Source of the DNA: Gammaproteobacteria bacterium
GTDB lineage: Bacteria > Pseudomonadota > Gammaproteobacteria > SZUA-229
Reading direction: 5' to 3'
NCBI GenBank assembly: GCA_029881035.1
Contig: JAOUNI010000004.1
Location: forward strand, 7,924 to 71,923
DNA length: 64,000 bases
Below the pieces are notes generated by a model, which saw only the letters and a program-made list of their open reading frames with translations, did not search any database and was not told where the DNA came from. Shown here piece after piece: positions 40,035 to 48,769 of this stretch. Both the position numbers and the translations under genes were made by a program. Numbering within the stretch: the stretch's first letter is position 1; each line of letters starts with the position of its first letter.

Positions 40035-40049
40035 TGGCATGTAATTTGC
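40035..40049 (+). promoter_or_regulatory. Sigma-54 promoter for the PEP-CTERM-like gene 40110..40730
   Basis: TGGCATG-TAAT-TTGC with exact spacing, ~60 nt upstream of the ATG. AAGGAG RBS at 40098-40103. Confidence 0.55.
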
Positions 40050-40109
40050 TTGTTATATGGTAATCCCAGTATATGGGCTAATTTCGGAAATAAATGAAGG
40101 AGAAAGAAA

Positions 40110-40730
40110 ATGATAAAAAAATTAATCGGGGCTACGGTCCTGGGATTGATGGCGTTAGGAACCTCAATGACAGCAAATGCGATAGCAGTAACAGATGTTC
40201 AGGATTATTCGAACAATGTTGCGGGTGAATATTTCGTAGATGTTGATGCTAATAAATACAACAGCCCATATTATCGTTGGTTTAATCAAGACTGGGGCTG
40301 GACTCATAATGCCATCGCTGGAACATTTACATCGATATCGCTTGATATTTCAGCATTTGATGTAGATTGGCCTTCTGAGCTAGACATGATTTCAGTCTGG
40401 GATGGCGCCACATGGGCGACCCTAGGTGATTTATCTGGCGGAAGCGATATTTGGTCTTTCACTAGTTTTGATTTAAGTGGATTTGCATGGGCTGAAGCTC
40501 AAGTTAATGCTGGTCTTCAGGTTAGAGTAGATATTGATTCTGGAAATACCTCCGGTTTTAACAATTGGGCGCTCACACTTGCTAAAGCCACATTATCCGT
40601 TGATGGCGGAAGTCAGACTTGTGTTCCTCAACCAGGTGTACCTTGTGTTTCTGCTGCAGAACCTGCAAGTCTTGCTTTAATTGGTTTAGGTTTGGTTGGT
40701 TTTGGTGTAGCACGTCGACGTAAAGCCTAG
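40110..40730 (+). CDS. PEP-CTERM-type sorting-domain protein with a variant AEP motif
   Basis: Signal peptide is present. The C-terminus SAAEPASLALIGLGLVGFGVARRRKA has the Gly-rich TM helix and Arg-rich tail of the PEP-CTERM signal, but with A-E-P in place of P-E-P. Confidence 0.75.
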   Translation: MIKKLIGATVLGLMALGTSMTANAIAVTDVQDYSNNVAGEYFVDVDANKYNSPYYRWFNQDWGWTHNAIAGTFTSISLDISAFDVDWPSELDMISVWDGATWATLGDLSGGSDIWSFTSFDLSGFAWAEAQVNAGLQVRVDIDSGNTSGFNNWALTLAKATLSVDGGSQTCVPQPGVPCVSAAEPASLALIGLGLVGFGVARRRKA

Positions 40731-40761
40731 TAATAGTTAGTATTTGCACTATCTAGTCGAA

Positions 40762-40790
40762 AAAGCCCCTCTTTTGAGGGGCTTTTTTTA
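40762..40790. terminator. Bidirectional rho-independent terminator
   Basis: AAAAA-GCCCCTC-tttt-GAGGGGC-TTTTTTT, between convergent genes. Confidence 0.7.
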
Positions 40791-40966
40791 TCTAATAAGA
40801 CTTCTGATTCGTTACTCTTAAATAGCCCGTGGCAAAAAGGGATGTATTCCCATCATTCGCCACGCTACCCAGAGAGCTGCAAGTTAACTCAAGAACGAGT
40901 TATTCATCCTGGCTAGCGTAGATGCTGCATTAGGTTCCCGACTTGAGAGTGGGAATATACTAATCA

Positions 40967-43765
40967 CTATAGCTGTATCAGTAATTTATTGGCCTCTTCT
41001 CTGCCTTGAAAAGGCACATTGTTCTCAAGAATTTTTTCCAGTATTTGCTTCGCTTTGTTTTTCTGGCCGGTTTCGACAAGCGCAACTGCAAAGTGATAGT
41101 TAACTTCGCGATTAGAAGATAACTTTGATGCTGCGGATTCCAGTACTACCAGAGCCGACTCTGCACGGCCAGCTTTTACCAGCAACCAGCCATAGGTATC
41201 CTGTATAGCCGGGTTATCAGGTGCAAGCTTATTGGCCTTGACCGCCATATCTAATGCTTCTGGTTTGCCTTTTAGGTAATACAGCCAGGCCAGATCATTG
41301 AGCACGACAGGATGGTCTGGCTGTTTTTTCAGTATTCTTTCGTATTCGGTCATGGCTTCATCTTGCAGGCCGTCTGCCAGTTGTGAGGACGCTAGGACAA
41401 AACGGGTCGAATGGTCATTAGGATTTTTCTCCAGCCAGTTGTGAAGAGCACTGTAGCCAGCGGCAGGCTGTTTTAGCGCCCTGTGCGCCCTGTTGATACG
41501 AACTACGATCTCGCTATTGTCAGAATCCTGCTCCGATGCCAAGAGATAAGCCGTAATCGCTTTGCTGGCATTATTTTGCGACATCAGTACATCGCCTTCG
41601 AGCAGATAGCCCGCGGCCTTTCCTGCTTGCGTTGTTTTTAGTTTTCGCACGATCAACATGGCTGCATCAAGATCACCGGTGGCTAGTTCTAGATTCCCCA
41701 AGGCCTGTCTAGCTTTGAGATGGTCAGGTTCCAGCTCGAGCGTTTTGTGAAGTGATTTTCGGGCGCCTGTAGCATCGCGGACTTTGGCTCTGACAAGAGC
41801 AAGGTAATAATGAGCATCAGGCAACGAAGGTGCAACATCAATAAGTTTTTTGATCGTTGCTTCGGCATCTGGGCTGCTAGAAGCGAACTGTGCTTTGATG
41901 AGTGCTATCAAGCCTCTGGGTAATTTTGGCGAGATTTTTTCGACTTCTTTTGCATAAGTCAGGGCTTCTTTTATTTTACCGATCCTAAGATAGTAATCTG
42001 ATAATGCTAGACGTGGATAGATCGCAGAAGCATCCGATTTTCTCGCTTTTTCTAGTAGCTCAATGGCCTCATTAACTTTACCTTCTTTATCCAGCAGGTA
42101 AGCTAGGGAGGTCAGCGCATCGGCTTGGTCAGGTTGCAATTTCAATACCTTCTCGTAGTGCTGGCGAGCTGAGACAGTATCGCCATCAACAACATCAAGA
42201 CTAGCGAGAGACAGTATTGATAATATGAAGTCAGGTTTGATATCCAGGGCATTTCGGAAACTGTTTCTTGCAGCACTGCGATTATTTTTACCTTTATAGG
42301 CCAGGCCTTCCATATGTGGTGGTAAAGGGCTGTCTGGTACTTGTACGGCAAGTTGTTTTGCCATTTCAATTGCTTTGTCAAATTCCGATGCGCGCAGATG
42401 AATCATAATAAGGTCAGTCGCCGCTTGGCCAGACTTGTCGCCCTTTTTTAGCGCGAGCTCAAGTAATTCGATGGCCTTGTCGGACTCGCCCATTGTTACA
42501 TAAGCCTTGACGAGCTCACTGCGAATACCGGCATTATCTGGGGAAGTATTAGCCGCATCTTTAAGATTTTTCAGTCCTGATACTTCGTCGCCACCTTTAA
42601 TCTTCGCTATGCCAAGCAATGTAAGCAATTCTGAGCTGTCATCTGTTCTGGATGCAGCAAACTCAAATCGTTCTTGCGCTTCATTATACTGTCCCATTGA
42701 CAGATAAATTTTACCCAGTGCCTGTTGAGCATCGAGGTTTCCGGGCCTGGCGGCAGTCGCCTTTTCCAGATAGTAGGCGGCCTGATTGTTGTTTTGCAGT
42801 AGGTAGTACAGGTTTGCTGATAATAGAAGGCCCCCATAGTGATTGGGTTCTTCTTTGAAGACTTTCAATAAATAATCTTTCGCAACATCATATTCTCCTT
42901 GTTTGAAAGCTATTATGCTCCTGTAATAATTAAGTTCTGGATCGAAACTAAAATGAATAAGTGCAGGGTTAAGTGCTTCCAAAGCTTTCTCTGTTTGATT
43001 TTGCATTAGGCGCACTTTACTTTGGCCCAGTCGTGCCAAACGTTCCCATCCGCTGACAATTTTTGGTGGATCGAGATCAATCACTTTCTGAAAGCAGTCG
43101 TCAGTGGTTGCAAAGTCCTTTTTGGTCAATGAGCGTTCGGCTTTCAATAGCCACAGATCCTGATTATCGGGATATAGCTCAATTGCATGATCGAGAATAT
43201 TATCGGCAGATTCTTCTTTGTCATGTTTTAGCTGTAGCCTGGTTCGGCTCTGCAACACCCACAGCGCATCTTTGTCGAAAGTTTCAGCTGTGATAGTGGT
43301 GCCCTCGGAGTCTTTCCATTTGCCTAGCGCCTGTTCTGCAGATGACCACAGCCCCAGTAGATTGGCCTTAACGCCGTTTGGGTAGTTGTCCTTGATAGGG
43401 ATATCATCAAGAACAGACCTGAATTCGCCTTGCCTGAATAATACTTCTGCAAGCATTAACTGGGTAGCCGCCTCGTCCCAGCCTGCTTCCAGCGCACGGC
43501 GGAAATTCTTTTCAGCGCCAGCAGCATCACCCATTTCAAGACTAATCTTGCCCAGAAGGAAGCGGGCCTCCGCATTCTGTGCATTTTTTACGAGCACATT
43601 TTTAAGTTCTATGCCGGCAGCATTCAGGTCACGTGACTGGTAATACTCCATGGCCTTGTCGATACCTTCCTGTTCACTCATGCCACCACAGGCAGCCAGA
43701 TGAGCTACAAACCAGGCAAGTAGCATATTTCTAGTAAGAATTGTGACTGTGTTTATAATTGACAT
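40967..43765 (-). CDS. Second PrsT-like TPR-repeat lipoprotein (paralog). The probable start is 43765; the ORF track's TTG start is at 43813.
   Basis: ~930 aa of TPR repeats. Lipobox LAACG follows the internal Met. GGAG lies 8 nt upstream of the ATG at 43763-43765. Confidence 0.75.
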   Translation of the reverse strand: MSIINTVTILTRNMLLAWFVAHLAACGGMSEQEGIDKAMEYYQSRDLNAAGIELKNVLVKNAQNAEARFLLGKISLEMGDAAGAEKNFRRALEAGWDEAATQLMLAEVLFRQGEFRSVLDDIPIKDNYPNGVKANLLGLWSSAEQALGKWKDSEGTTITAETFDKDALWVLQSRTRLQLKHDKEESADNILDHAIELYPDNQDLWLLKAERSLTKKDFATTDDCFQKVIDLDPPKIVSGWERLARLGQSKVRLMQNQTEKALEALNPALIHFSFDPELNYYRSIIAFKQGEYDVAKDYLLKVFKEEPNHYGGLLLSANLYYLLQNNNQAAYYLEKATAARPGNLDAQQALGKIYLSMGQYNEAQERFEFAASRTDDSSELLTLLGIAKIKGGDEVSGLKNLKDAANTSPDNAGIRSELVKAYVTMGESDKAIELLELALKKGDKSGQAATDLIMIHLRASEFDKAIEMAKQLAVQVPDSPLPPHMEGLAYKGKNNRSAARNSFRNALDIKPDFILSILSLASLDVVDGDTVSARQHYEKVLKLQPDQADALTSLAYLLDKEGKVNEAIELLEKARKSDASAIYPRLALSDYYLRIGKIKEALTYAKEVEKISPKLPRGLIALIKAQFASSSPDAEATIKKLIDVAPSLPDAHYYLALVRAKVRDATGARKSLHKTLELEPDHLKARQALGNLELATGDLDAAMLIVRKLKTTQAGKAAGYLLEGDVLMSQNNASKAITAYLLASEQDSDNSEIVVRINRAHRALKQPAAGYSALHNWLEKNPNDHSTRFVLASSQLADGLQDEAMTEYERILKKQPDHPVVLNDLAWLYYLKGKPEALDMAVKANKLAPDNPAIQDTYGWLLVKAGRAESALVVLESAASKLSSNREVNYHFAVALVETGQKNKAKQILEKILENNVPFQGREEANKLLIQL

Positions 43766-44005
43766 ATTTAACTCCATAAAAAATGCGTCTTGAATCATTT
43801 CTAAAAAATTCAATGTTAAAAAGTGGTGCTGATTTATCTAACGATTATTTGTAAGGGAACCCTGTATAGTCTTTAAAATGCCATCTCCCAAAGATATCCT
43901 AATCGATTAGATGAACTCCTATAACCCTGCAACATACCATAACTTATAGCAGCAGGCCCTATTTTATCGTGAGTTTAACTACCTAATGTTCAGTGCGCAC
44001 TTGTC

Positions 44006-45037
44006 TTAAATCTGACTGTGACTAAATAAATAATTGTGATTGGCTCGTTCAATCCAACTGCAATACTGAATAAAGTCAGTCATATTATCAGGTAGTTCAA
44101 AACGTGGTAGACAGTAAAGCAATGCTGCAGAATTATTATCTACAGAACCGGGGAGTGTAGCTACCGCGCCAATAAAGCTTTCTTTTTTAAGAATATTTAT
44201 TTCCCTTGGACCAAAATCCAGAACCCTGCCAGTAGGATAACAAAATACCTTAAGTGGGTTTGATAGTTCGCTTTCTAGAATCTTCCATGAGCCGATGATT
44301 TCTTCTTCTGCTGATTTTTTGTTTAGCTTTGAGAGGATGCGATGCGTCATTGAATGTGGCGCGAACCTGATTCCCTTGCTTTCAAGTTCACGCGCCATTT
44401 CCCAATTCAAAGATTTATAAGGGTTGGGTGCGGTTATAGGAAGTTGGACGTCAGCGGCATCAGCAAGGTTATTTATTATCTCTGGAATAGATTCTGAGTT
44501 CATTTCTTTAATGACATTTCGGATTTCTTCTCGAGCATTACGGCGGTTATTTTTATTTCCGAGTATCATGTTTAGTATTTCATCTTCAAACTTTAAAACA
44601 ACATGATTTTTATTTGTATTGTCGATAATCCATGATACTTGAGCATCCCAGGGCCATAGAATCTGATCAAGTAGACCTGTAATGATAAAAAAAGTTAAAG
44701 GACAGTTAAATTCAAGGAAGATAGGTGCGGCTATCTCTGCTTGTTCTAAAAAACCATCATCCATGGTGAATGACACCGATTTTTTTGGTAGAGTTATCTG
44801 ATTGTTTAGTGATCCGATAATGTCTTCAAGCGATACAAATGTGTAGTCTTTATCTTTTAAATATCTCAGGCAGCGACGAAGGTGATCTGGTGAAATGCCA
44901 CTATTAGACTGGCCTTCCACTTTTATGCGGTGGATCATAAATATAGGAATACCGTGACCGAGAAATGAAGTTGCAATCGCAGAAACAGGAGCGCTTGCTA
45001 ATAGGGGAACGAATAGTTTTTTTAGAAGTTTTTTCAT
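44006..45037 (-). CDS. Polysaccharide deacetylase family protein (NodB domain)
   Basis: Signal peptide is present, with the FTMDDG catalytic motif 1 and H-containing motifs downstream. Confidence 0.7.
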   Translation of the reverse strand: MKKLLKKLFVPLLASAPVSAIATSFLGHGIPIFMIHRIKVEGQSNSGISPDHLRRCLRYLKDKDYTFVSLEDIIGSLNNQITLPKKSVSFTMDDGFLEQAEIAAPIFLEFNCPLTFFIITGLLDQILWPWDAQVSWIIDNTNKNHVVLKFEDEILNMILGNKNNRRNAREEIRNVIKEMNSESIPEIINNLADAADVQLPITAPNPYKSLNWEMARELESKGIRFAPHSMTHRILSKLNKKSAEEEIIGSWKILESELSNPLKVFCYPTGRVLDFGPREINILKKESFIGAVATLPGSVDNNSAALLYCLPRFELPDNMTDFIQYCSWIERANHNYLFSHSQI

Positions 45038-45070
45038 CGGCTTATTTGAGTGTGTATAGTTGGGTTACAT

Positions 45071-46504
45071 TCAAGGAATATTTTTTACTATGAATGGCCC
45101 TAACCATTGAGCAAGTTTTACAGGTAATCTTTTCCATATATTAACAATGAGCGCATATTTAGGGTTTGATGGATTGAGCGATGGGAGTTGGTTTGTATTG
45201 CCAAGCCAATAGTGCCAATATAGTTGCTTTGGTTGAGCGCCCCATTGTCTTTTAAATAGATAAGTGCCTGTATTTTTACTTGAGCGGCCAAAATCAAAAT
45301 GATTGTAGCCTTGGTTAACGGTAAATTTCAAAACTTCCCAGTATAGTAGCATATTCATACTGTGCTGATTATAGTCGCGAATAGTAGATGCGAGCGGGAT
45401 TTCCATTCCGTTGCCATGACAAAGTAACAAGCCAGCTGATACAGGTTTGTTGTTGAGGCGTATAACTATAATGTGGCTGTTATCTGGAAAACTAGTAAGA
45501 ATATTTTCAATGAGTTGTTTGCTGTGTGCAGGAGAACCAAGGTCGCGCATATTACGGGAATAAACTTTGTAAAAGTCATCCAGGTATTTTTTTCCGCCAA
45601 TAAGTACTTTCGGTGTTAGTTGTTGCGGCCGTTTTATCTGCGCACGTAGTTTTGCAGTGAAGCTGGCCCAGAGCGCCTCTTCAGAATTGGGTAACGCTAG
45701 GATCATATTAACTTTGTGAGATTGTACTGGGAGGCCATCCCGTGGAATATCGTCGCGGTACTCGGTATGATCGATACCTAGACGAGCCGCTTCTTCATTG
45801 GCGGCTTTCATAAGCTTATGTTCAATCAGCGGGTGGTCTGCAATGGCACCGCCACGTTGAAAGAAAGGCATAGAAACTAATATGTCACCAAATAGTCGGC
45901 TCTTGAGTCGAACCATTGGCAGAACACCCACGATTTCCTTATTTTTGTCACAGGCGAATAAATAATGACTGTCAATGGAGTACGTTTTGCGAAGTATATC
46001 TCGCCAATGAGTTAGGTGATGAATGCTGGCTGCGGGCTGTTTTGAAACGTAATCATTCCACGCGTTTTCTTCATTATCAAGCAGGCAGATGGTGATCGTG
46101 TCTAGATCAACTTCAGAAATAGTATGCCTGCTGCTTGATGATGTTATCACTGGTTTCGTTATAGACTGGTCTTTGTTATTACCAATAATAAAAAAATCTA
46201 GAATTTGATTTTCAATAATCCCTATTTTTACTTCCAGTTGCTTACGCTCAGAACTTTGCTGTTTCATGGCGTGCATCAGTTCATTTGTTGGGAGGTTGAT
46301 TTTTTTGGCCTCACCAATTTTCCGAGATATGATTTTCGTTTGAATTTGTATCTCTAGAGTTTGTTTTTTTAATAACTGCAGCTGATTCCATAGTTCGCCG
46401 AGTTTTAATCTTTCATCTGATCCAGTATCTGGATATTGTGAAGAAAATAATGCAACAGGGTTTAATAAAATCTGGTTCTTTAGTTTGGCCTGATTTTGAC
46501 TCAT
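45071..46504 (-). CDS. FemAB-family protein with an N-terminal coiled-coil extension resembling the seryl-tRNA synthetase tRNA-binding arm
   Basis: The C-terminal ~340 aa are colinear with the FemAB-related ORF 38593..39723. In the N-terminal ~130 aa, KLGELWNQLQLLKKQTLEIQIQTKIISRKIGEAK lines up residue-for-residue (same 34-aa spacing) with E. coli SerRS [34 protein letters not shown]. Confidence 0.7.
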   Translation of the reverse strand: MSQNQAKLKNQILLNPVALFSSQYPDTGSDERLKLGELWNQLQLLKKQTLEIQIQTKIISRKIGEAKKINLPTNELMHAMKQQSSERKQLEVKIGIIENQILDFFIIGNNKDQSITKPVITSSSSRHTISEVDLDTITICLLDNEENAWNDYVSKQPAASIHHLTHWRDILRKTYSIDSHYLFACDKNKEIVGVLPMVRLKSRLFGDILVSMPFFQRGGAIADHPLIEHKLMKAANEEAARLGIDHTEYRDDIPRDGLPVQSHKVNMILALPNSEEALWASFTAKLRAQIKRPQQLTPKVLIGGKKYLDDFYKVYSRNMRDLGSPAHSKQLIENILTSFPDNSHIIVIRLNNKPVSAGLLLCHGNGMEIPLASTIRDYNQHSMNMLLYWEVLKFTVNQGYNHFDFGRSSKNTGTYLFKRQWGAQPKQLYWHYWLGNTNQLPSLNPSNPKYALIVNIWKRLPVKLAQWLGPFIVKNIP

Positions 46505-46512
46505 GCGTTAAC

Positions 46513-47550
46513 CTACATCCATCCTGAAATACGTGCGAGAAAAGATATTCTGTCATTAGCGATGTCTTCATGAATTCCAATACGGCGCAATAGGTTGGTA
46601 TTAGTTGTTATAGAATTCCAACCGGTTTCAGTTGAAACGCTACCTTCATACTGTTGTTGTACTAGCTCTAATGCTTTGGAAGAGTAATCTCCATTTGGGA
46701 AGCAAAAAGTTTTTACAGAAAATCCTGTTTTATTTTCAATATGTTGTTTGCTGGCGATAATTTCATATTCAAGCACATTGTTATTAGTCTCATTATTGAG
46801 ACGGATATGGTTGCAGGTGTGGCTGCCAGCTTCAACCAGCCCGGAATCATTCATTTCAGAGAGTTGTTGCCAATTAAGCAATGAAGGCTCGTTATTGTAT
46901 TTATGTAATTTTAATGCGTCTTCGATTTTATCAAGGCGCATGTGAATCTCGTGGTCGGGTAATGTTTTTGTGTTGGCAATTAGTTCGCTAAGCTCTTCCT
47001 GAGTCGGTGCTACAGTAGTGAACTGATAGCTTACAGAAGGGCTTTTTATCCATTCTAGTGATGGGTGCGACCAGTGGCCTGGATGATCTATTGCGATGGA
47101 TGTAATTATAAGTGCAAGGCGTTCTGGCCAGAAACGTTTGTTGGTGTCGATCATGTCAGAGACCAGAAAGATCGTAGCGGGCACCTCAAGCTCGCGTAAT
47201 ATCGGAAAAGCAAATTCATAGTTGTCTGCCCAGCCATCGTCGAAGGTAATTGCACAAGCAAGGGAGGGAAGTTTGTCGCCGTTGTTTTTTTTAGTTATCC
47301 AGTCAGAGAGCTTAACAATTTCAAAATATTCTTTAAGTATATTGAGATGTAATCTGAAAGACTCAGGTGAAACAATCATGCCTGGTTCTTCAGAAAGTGC
47401 ACGCTGGTCGTCGATGGGCAGAATCCGATGATACATCAGTATTAGAAATTGAGGTTCATCAGTCGTTCTTGTGTGTCTGCCAAACGAGGCTGCAAGGTGC
47501 TGCAGAGTGCGCTTGATGATGTATTTAACAGGGTTGGAACGGAGTGTCAT
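46513..47550 (-). CDS. Polysaccharide deacetylase family protein (NodB domain)
   Basis: ITFDDGW motif 1, followed by typical downstream His motifs. Confidence 0.7.
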   Translation of the reverse strand: MTLRSNPVKYIIKRTLQHLAASFGRHTRTTDEPQFLILMYHRILPIDDQRALSEEPGMIVSPESFRLHLNILKEYFEIVKLSDWITKKNNGDKLPSLACAITFDDGWADNYEFAFPILRELEVPATIFLVSDMIDTNKRFWPERLALIITSIAIDHPGHWSHPSLEWIKSPSVSYQFTTVAPTQEELSELIANTKTLPDHEIHMRLDKIEDALKLHKYNNEPSLLNWQQLSEMNDSGLVEAGSHTCNHIRLNNETNNNVLEYEIIASKQHIENKTGFSVKTFCFPNGDYSSKALELVQQQYEGSVSTETGWNSITTNTNLLRRIGIHEDIANDRISFLARISGWM

Positions 47551-47628
47551 ATTGATTAGCTGTTATGGGCTGGTTTGCGACTGTCATCTATTGTAATGTG
47601 TTCGCCTTCAGAACGAAAATATGAATTA

Positions 47629-48732
47629 ATGAAAACTATTCTGCATACCATTGATACTACCGGCCCTGGTGGGGCTGAAACTGTATTTATAGATCTCGCA
47701 AGCAATTTGCCTCAGGAGAAATACCGAGCTGTGATTGTAATTCGTGGCAAAGGCTGGGTCTATGATGAGCTCTGTCGGCGTGGCATGCGCCCCATCCTTC
47801 TGGATGCTAAAGGGTCATTCAACTGGCGATATTTGAAGGCATTAGTCTCCCTAGTTCGCCGTGAAAAAATTGATTTGATTCAGTCGCACTTGCTGGGTTC
47901 GAATGTTTATTGTGCACTGGCGGGTCTAATTACCCGAAAACCCGTCGTGGCCACTTTTCATGGTGCCGTGGATATAGGTAGTAAAGAGAGGCTGATGTGG
48001 TTGAAGTTTGGCGCTATCAATATGGGAGCCAGTTCAATTGTGGCGGTTTCAGATAGTCTTAGAGAGAATATTATTAAGCGAACGCCACTACGGAACAGTA
48101 AAACAAGTGTGATATACAACGGTATCAATACTGCTGATTTCATGCGCCCAACTTCAGATGCTCTACGCAAGCAAATGGGCTGGAATAAAAAAGATATTAT
48201 CATTGGTAGCCTGGGTAATATTCGTCCAGCCAAGGCTTATGATGTTTTATTACGATCTGCAGCATTGCTGAAAGATCATATGCTCAACTTCCGTTTTGTT
48301 ATCGCTGGCCAGGGCAAAGGACGTTTGTTTGAGGATTTACTCAAACTGAAAGACGATCTGTGTCTTGGTGATAGAGTTCTTTTCCTCGGCTTCAATGATG
48401 ATCCAGCCGATTTTTTGTCTAATCTTGATTTGTTCCTGTTATCTTCTACTTCCGAAGGATTTTCCATCGCAACCATACAGGCGATGGCGGCTGGATTGCC
48501 CGTGGTAGCGACCCGCAGTGGAGGACCACAGGAAATTATCACGCATGAAAAGAATGGATGGCTGGTTGACCCAGATAATCCACAGCTAATCGCTGAGGCA
48601 TTGGACAGGCTGACGGCAGATCAGGAGCTAAGTGAATGCCTGGCAAAAGCGGGGCAAAAGCACGCATTTAGTGCTTTTGATGTGAAAAATATGGTTGGTG
48701 CTTATGAAGCGATCTATGAAGCATATACGTAG
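47629..48732 (+). CDS. Glycosyltransferase family 4. The start is probably the ATG at 47629; the ORF track gives 47575.
   Basis: The N-terminal GPGGAE and C-terminal E-x7-E region (SSTSEGFSIATIQAMAAGLPVVAT) are typical of GT4. Confidence 0.8.
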   Translation: MKTILHTIDTTGPGGAETVFIDLASNLPQEKYRAVIVIRGKGWVYDELCRRGMRPILLDAKGSFNWRYLKALVSLVRREKIDLIQSHLLGSNVYCALAGLITRKPVVATFHGAVDIGSKERLMWLKFGAINMGASSIVAVSDSLRENIIKRTPLRNSKTSVIYNGINTADFMRPTSDALRKQMGWNKKDIIIGSLGNIRPAKAYDVLLRSAALLKDHMLNFRFVIAGQGKGRLFEDLLKLKDDLCLGDRVLFLGFNDDPADFLSNLDLFLLSSTSEGFSIATIQAMAAGLPVVATRSGGPQEIITHEKNGWLVDPDNPQLIAEALDRLTADQELSECLAKAGQKHAFSAFDVKNMVGAYEAIYEAYT

Positions 48733-48769
48733 ATATGTAATCCATCGGCAATAACTACTTTTTTAGTCG

